A DNA stretch of 64,000 nt from the NCBI GenBank assembly GCA_950097015.1, contig CATNEN010000029.1, forward strand, positions 1,674,001 through 1,738,000, read 5' to 3'. This document shows positions 61,219 to 64,000 of this stretch, one piece after another; within the stretch, counting starts at the first letter, position 1, and every line of letters starts with the position of its first letter. The position numbers were made by a program, and so were the translations under genes. Source of the DNA: Macrostomum hystrix. Lineage: Eukaryota; Animalia; Platyhelminthes. The notes under the pieces are model-generated. The model ran no database searches and was not told where the DNA came from. It worked only from the letters and a program-made list of their open reading frames with translations.

Positions 61219-63202
61219 TTAGACGCCAGAAGGATAGCTCTCAGCCAGCCACCAGTCGGGCACGTCAATGCTGAGCCGGAGACAGGCGCGCAGAAACAGT
61301 CGCCGGTGCATCCAACGCGGCGCCGCAGCCAGCAGTCGCAGTAGGCAGCGCAGCAGTCTGGCCAGGACGGCATCAACGAAAGGCCGGTATCCGACAGCGC
61401 CCAGGGCACGCTGACGCATCGGGGTTGGTGCATCCGAGACTTCTAAGAAAACGGCAGCCACTGCCGGCGGAGAGAACGACGCAAGCAGGAGACGCAGTGG
61501 CAGCAGCAAAGGTAAGAGCAACACGGGCGATGACCGATCGCCGGCGATTAGGAGAATACCATTGGAGAGAGCTTCGGCTAGGGGGCGAAAATGCGGCGGC
61601 GGAGATTGCAGAGCAGATATTAGACGGAGTTGAACCTCGCCGCAGGCGGATCTACAGCTGTATCATTAATATTGGACATTGTAGCTAGGAAGCAGAGCAA
61701 TGTGGAGCAATGAGCCACTGGAACCATGAGACACTGGAACCATGAGACACTAGAACCTTTAGACACTGGAACCATGAGATACTGCAACCATGAAACACTG
61801 GAACCATGAAACACTGGAACCATGAGGCACTGGAACCATTAGACACTGGAACCATCAGCCACTGGAACCATGAGATACTGGAACCATGAGATACTGGAAC
61901 CATGAGGCACTGGAACCATGAGATACTGGAACCATTAGACACTGGAACCATGAGATACTGGAACCATGAGATACTGGAACCATGAGACACTAGAACCTTT
62001 AGACACTGGAACCATGAGATACTGCAACCATGAAACACTGGAACCATGAAACACTGGAACCATGAGGCACTGGAACCATTAGACACTGGAACCATGAGAC
62101 ACTGGAAACATGAGATACTGGAACCATGAGACACTGTAACCATTAGACACTGGAACCATGAGACACTGTAACCATTAGACACTGGAACCATGAGACACTG
62201 TAACCATTAGAACTGGAACCATGAGACACTGTAACCATTAGACACTGGAGAGATCAGAGACGGGAGTGCTGTGATTGGAGAGTACATTCGAGAGATGAGA
62301 CATGGGATTAAGAGGCAAGCAAGAAATCAGATAGGGTAGAGAATGTGTTGAAAGGAGCTCCGAGGGCCGCATCTGGTCCAGTTGCCAGAGATTTGACAAC
62401 CCATGTCTAATGGTGCCCCAAAAAGAGCAAAGCAGCCCTCGCACCTTCTGAGATTGCCGGCCAAGGCGCTGTCGGCTTCAGGCACACCCAGCTGCAGGCC
62501 AATCCGATGCCAGTGCCGGGCATAGGCAGCCAATTGCGGGCTGTCCGGGCCCTCATTGTCAATGCAGCGAATGCCAAAGAGGCGTCTGTGCAGCAAGGCG
62601 TAAGCAACAAATGCAGTCTGCACTGTGCGCATATCATCTGTGTTAAACACTGGGACGCCAACCACTGAGTTAGCCGCGTGAGTGTGCGCTCGACGAACAG
62701 CAATACTGGACTGGCCAGCCTGACAGGCGGCGTTTGCCGGATCTCCCAAATGCCAGGCGATCACGTGACGTGCGGTGGAAACGTAGCGACGCAGCGCTTT
62801 AATTGGCTGATCGGATCGGCCCGTTGCTGCCAGAACAGAAGACAGCGGAGCGAGCGATAAGCCAGTCATGAGGGAGAACAGTAGAGCGGCCATGCAGGAG
62901 GCAAAGTTATCCGCCAGTAAGTGAGTCGCTGCGCGTTGGTCGGCCTCAGATAGTTGACTTAGCTCTGGGATTTTAGTAGGCTTGCCGTCTTCCGTCGAAG
63001 TGCTGAGTTGCCGAGCTTCATCAAATGGATTCTTATGGACATTATTACCTTCTGCTGAAGTGCTAGGTTGCCGAGCTTCATCAAATGGATTATCATGGAC
63101 ATTATTACCTTCCGTTGAAGTGCTACGTTGCCGAGCTTCATCAAAGGGATTCTCATGGACATTGTTGCCTTCCGTTGAAGTACTCTGTTGTCGAGGAAAC
63201 AT
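61219..63202 (-). CDS. DUF2236 / MpaB-Lcp-like (ER-bound oxygenase / rubber-oxygenase catalytic fold) protein; exons 63202-62445 and 61651 (or 61657)-61219
   Basis: Family-like motifs ALRRYVSTARHVIAW, VRRAH (putative haem His), FNTDDMRTVQTAF and AYARHWHRIGLQLG. Phase-2 splice AG|GTGCGA..TAG|A continues into CGEVQLRLISALQSPPPHFRPLAEAL and a hydrophobic segment. Confidence 0.8.
61710..62245. repeat. 16-bp intronic minisatellite (CACTGGAACCATGAGA)n
   Basis: Directly visible inside the DUF2236 intron; a ~240-bp block is repeated (~61745 and ~61985). Confidence 0.93.
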
Positions 63203-64000
63203 TTTATATTAAGCGAAAGACATTTTTTTTAATACCGAGTAACAGCAATTTTGTTAATGCTTTTTAACGTTTTATTTCAATCGCAGTAGCGTCAATGATG
63301 CGGAAGAGCGAATGCACGTTTAACTGAAAAGCAGACGAGAAAACTTTATTATTATATTATTCCACATCACTAGCAAATGAGGATTTAAATTATGATCTAC
63401 TATTATTATGATTTTTTACTAGCCTATAAGCGAAGATGCAAAACGGAAGCTATAACAATGTTCGCGAATCACGGGGTGAGCTAGCAGATATGCGCACGCT
63501 AGATCACACGTTAAATACGCGGAGATTATTCTACCTGCCATTTTCTCTGTCAATCACTTTATTTATAATTACAGTGTGACAGCAAGTGGGCAGGTGGTTA
63601 TTCTATCGACCCCACACTCTAATTATAAGTACAAGATCAAACCAAATGTAACAGAAACCGATAAAAACGTATCCTTTTCATTGGAAAATGACTTCTAATT
63701 AATTTTTGAGCAGAAGATCCGAAAAATGCTTTTTTACTAATAAACCAACCTTTTTTGCTTACAAAACAACAAACAGGAAATAATGAAACACTTTACTTAG
63801 CAACTAAATCTTAAAAGTTTTAAGTTTATCGTGCTTGCAGTGTTTTTCAGAGAAACTTTCAGCTACGTGTATTTAGGATTAGCAAAATAAATATTAGTCA
63901 AGCCGGATGTACATGAACTATTGCGGAAATGAAGCTAACGCTCTATAGGTATCGAGTCTTAGCAGTATAAACAACAAAAAGCGAATTGCAATTTCAACGA

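Noticed and set aside
61131-61433. Cys-rich 100-aa minus-strand ORF
   Set aside because: It is an alternative frame overlapping DUF2236 exon 2 and runs into the proximal snoRNA.
62327-62444. C-terminal 39 aa of ORF 62327-63202
   Set aside because: Intronic read-through past the donor at 62444; family similarity continues in the exon starting at ~61651.

Overview
Eukaryotic (animal) genomic DNA. Short GC-rich, mostly intron-poor genes sit among AT-rich spacers and a high load of simple tandem repeats; the style resembles a free-living flatworm such as Macrostomum, which is inference only. Eight protein-coding genes are supportable: an atypical intronless class-A GPCR, GTPBP1 (at least 4 exons), a head-to-head ciliary pair IQCB1/NPHP5 and DRC7/CCDC135 sharing an RFX X-box promoter, an ARF-like GTPase with a variant G3 box, a secreted EGF-cbEGF-FN2-FN2 protein, a secreted stand-alone laminin-G protein (4 exons, mostly missed by the ORF track), and a DUF2236 (MpaB/Lcp-like) haem-oxygenase-family protein with three N-terminal NPF-acidic repeats. 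The most unexpected element is a cluster of four box C/D snoRNAs at 60.2-61.15 kb on the minus strand. All four carry the SNORD61/U61 guide for 18S rRNA, each lies in its own intron between tiny non-coding exons, and the array begins immediately after the DUF2236 stop codon, so it appears to be a snoRNA host array in a 3' UTR. The window also holds two tRNA-derived SINE families, an intact hAT MITE with an 8-bp TSD, a second MITE-like family, many minisatellites and a 2,932-bp tandem duplication. Most long ORFs in the supplied track are repeat artefacts. All coordinates and splice models were read by eye; no database searches were run.
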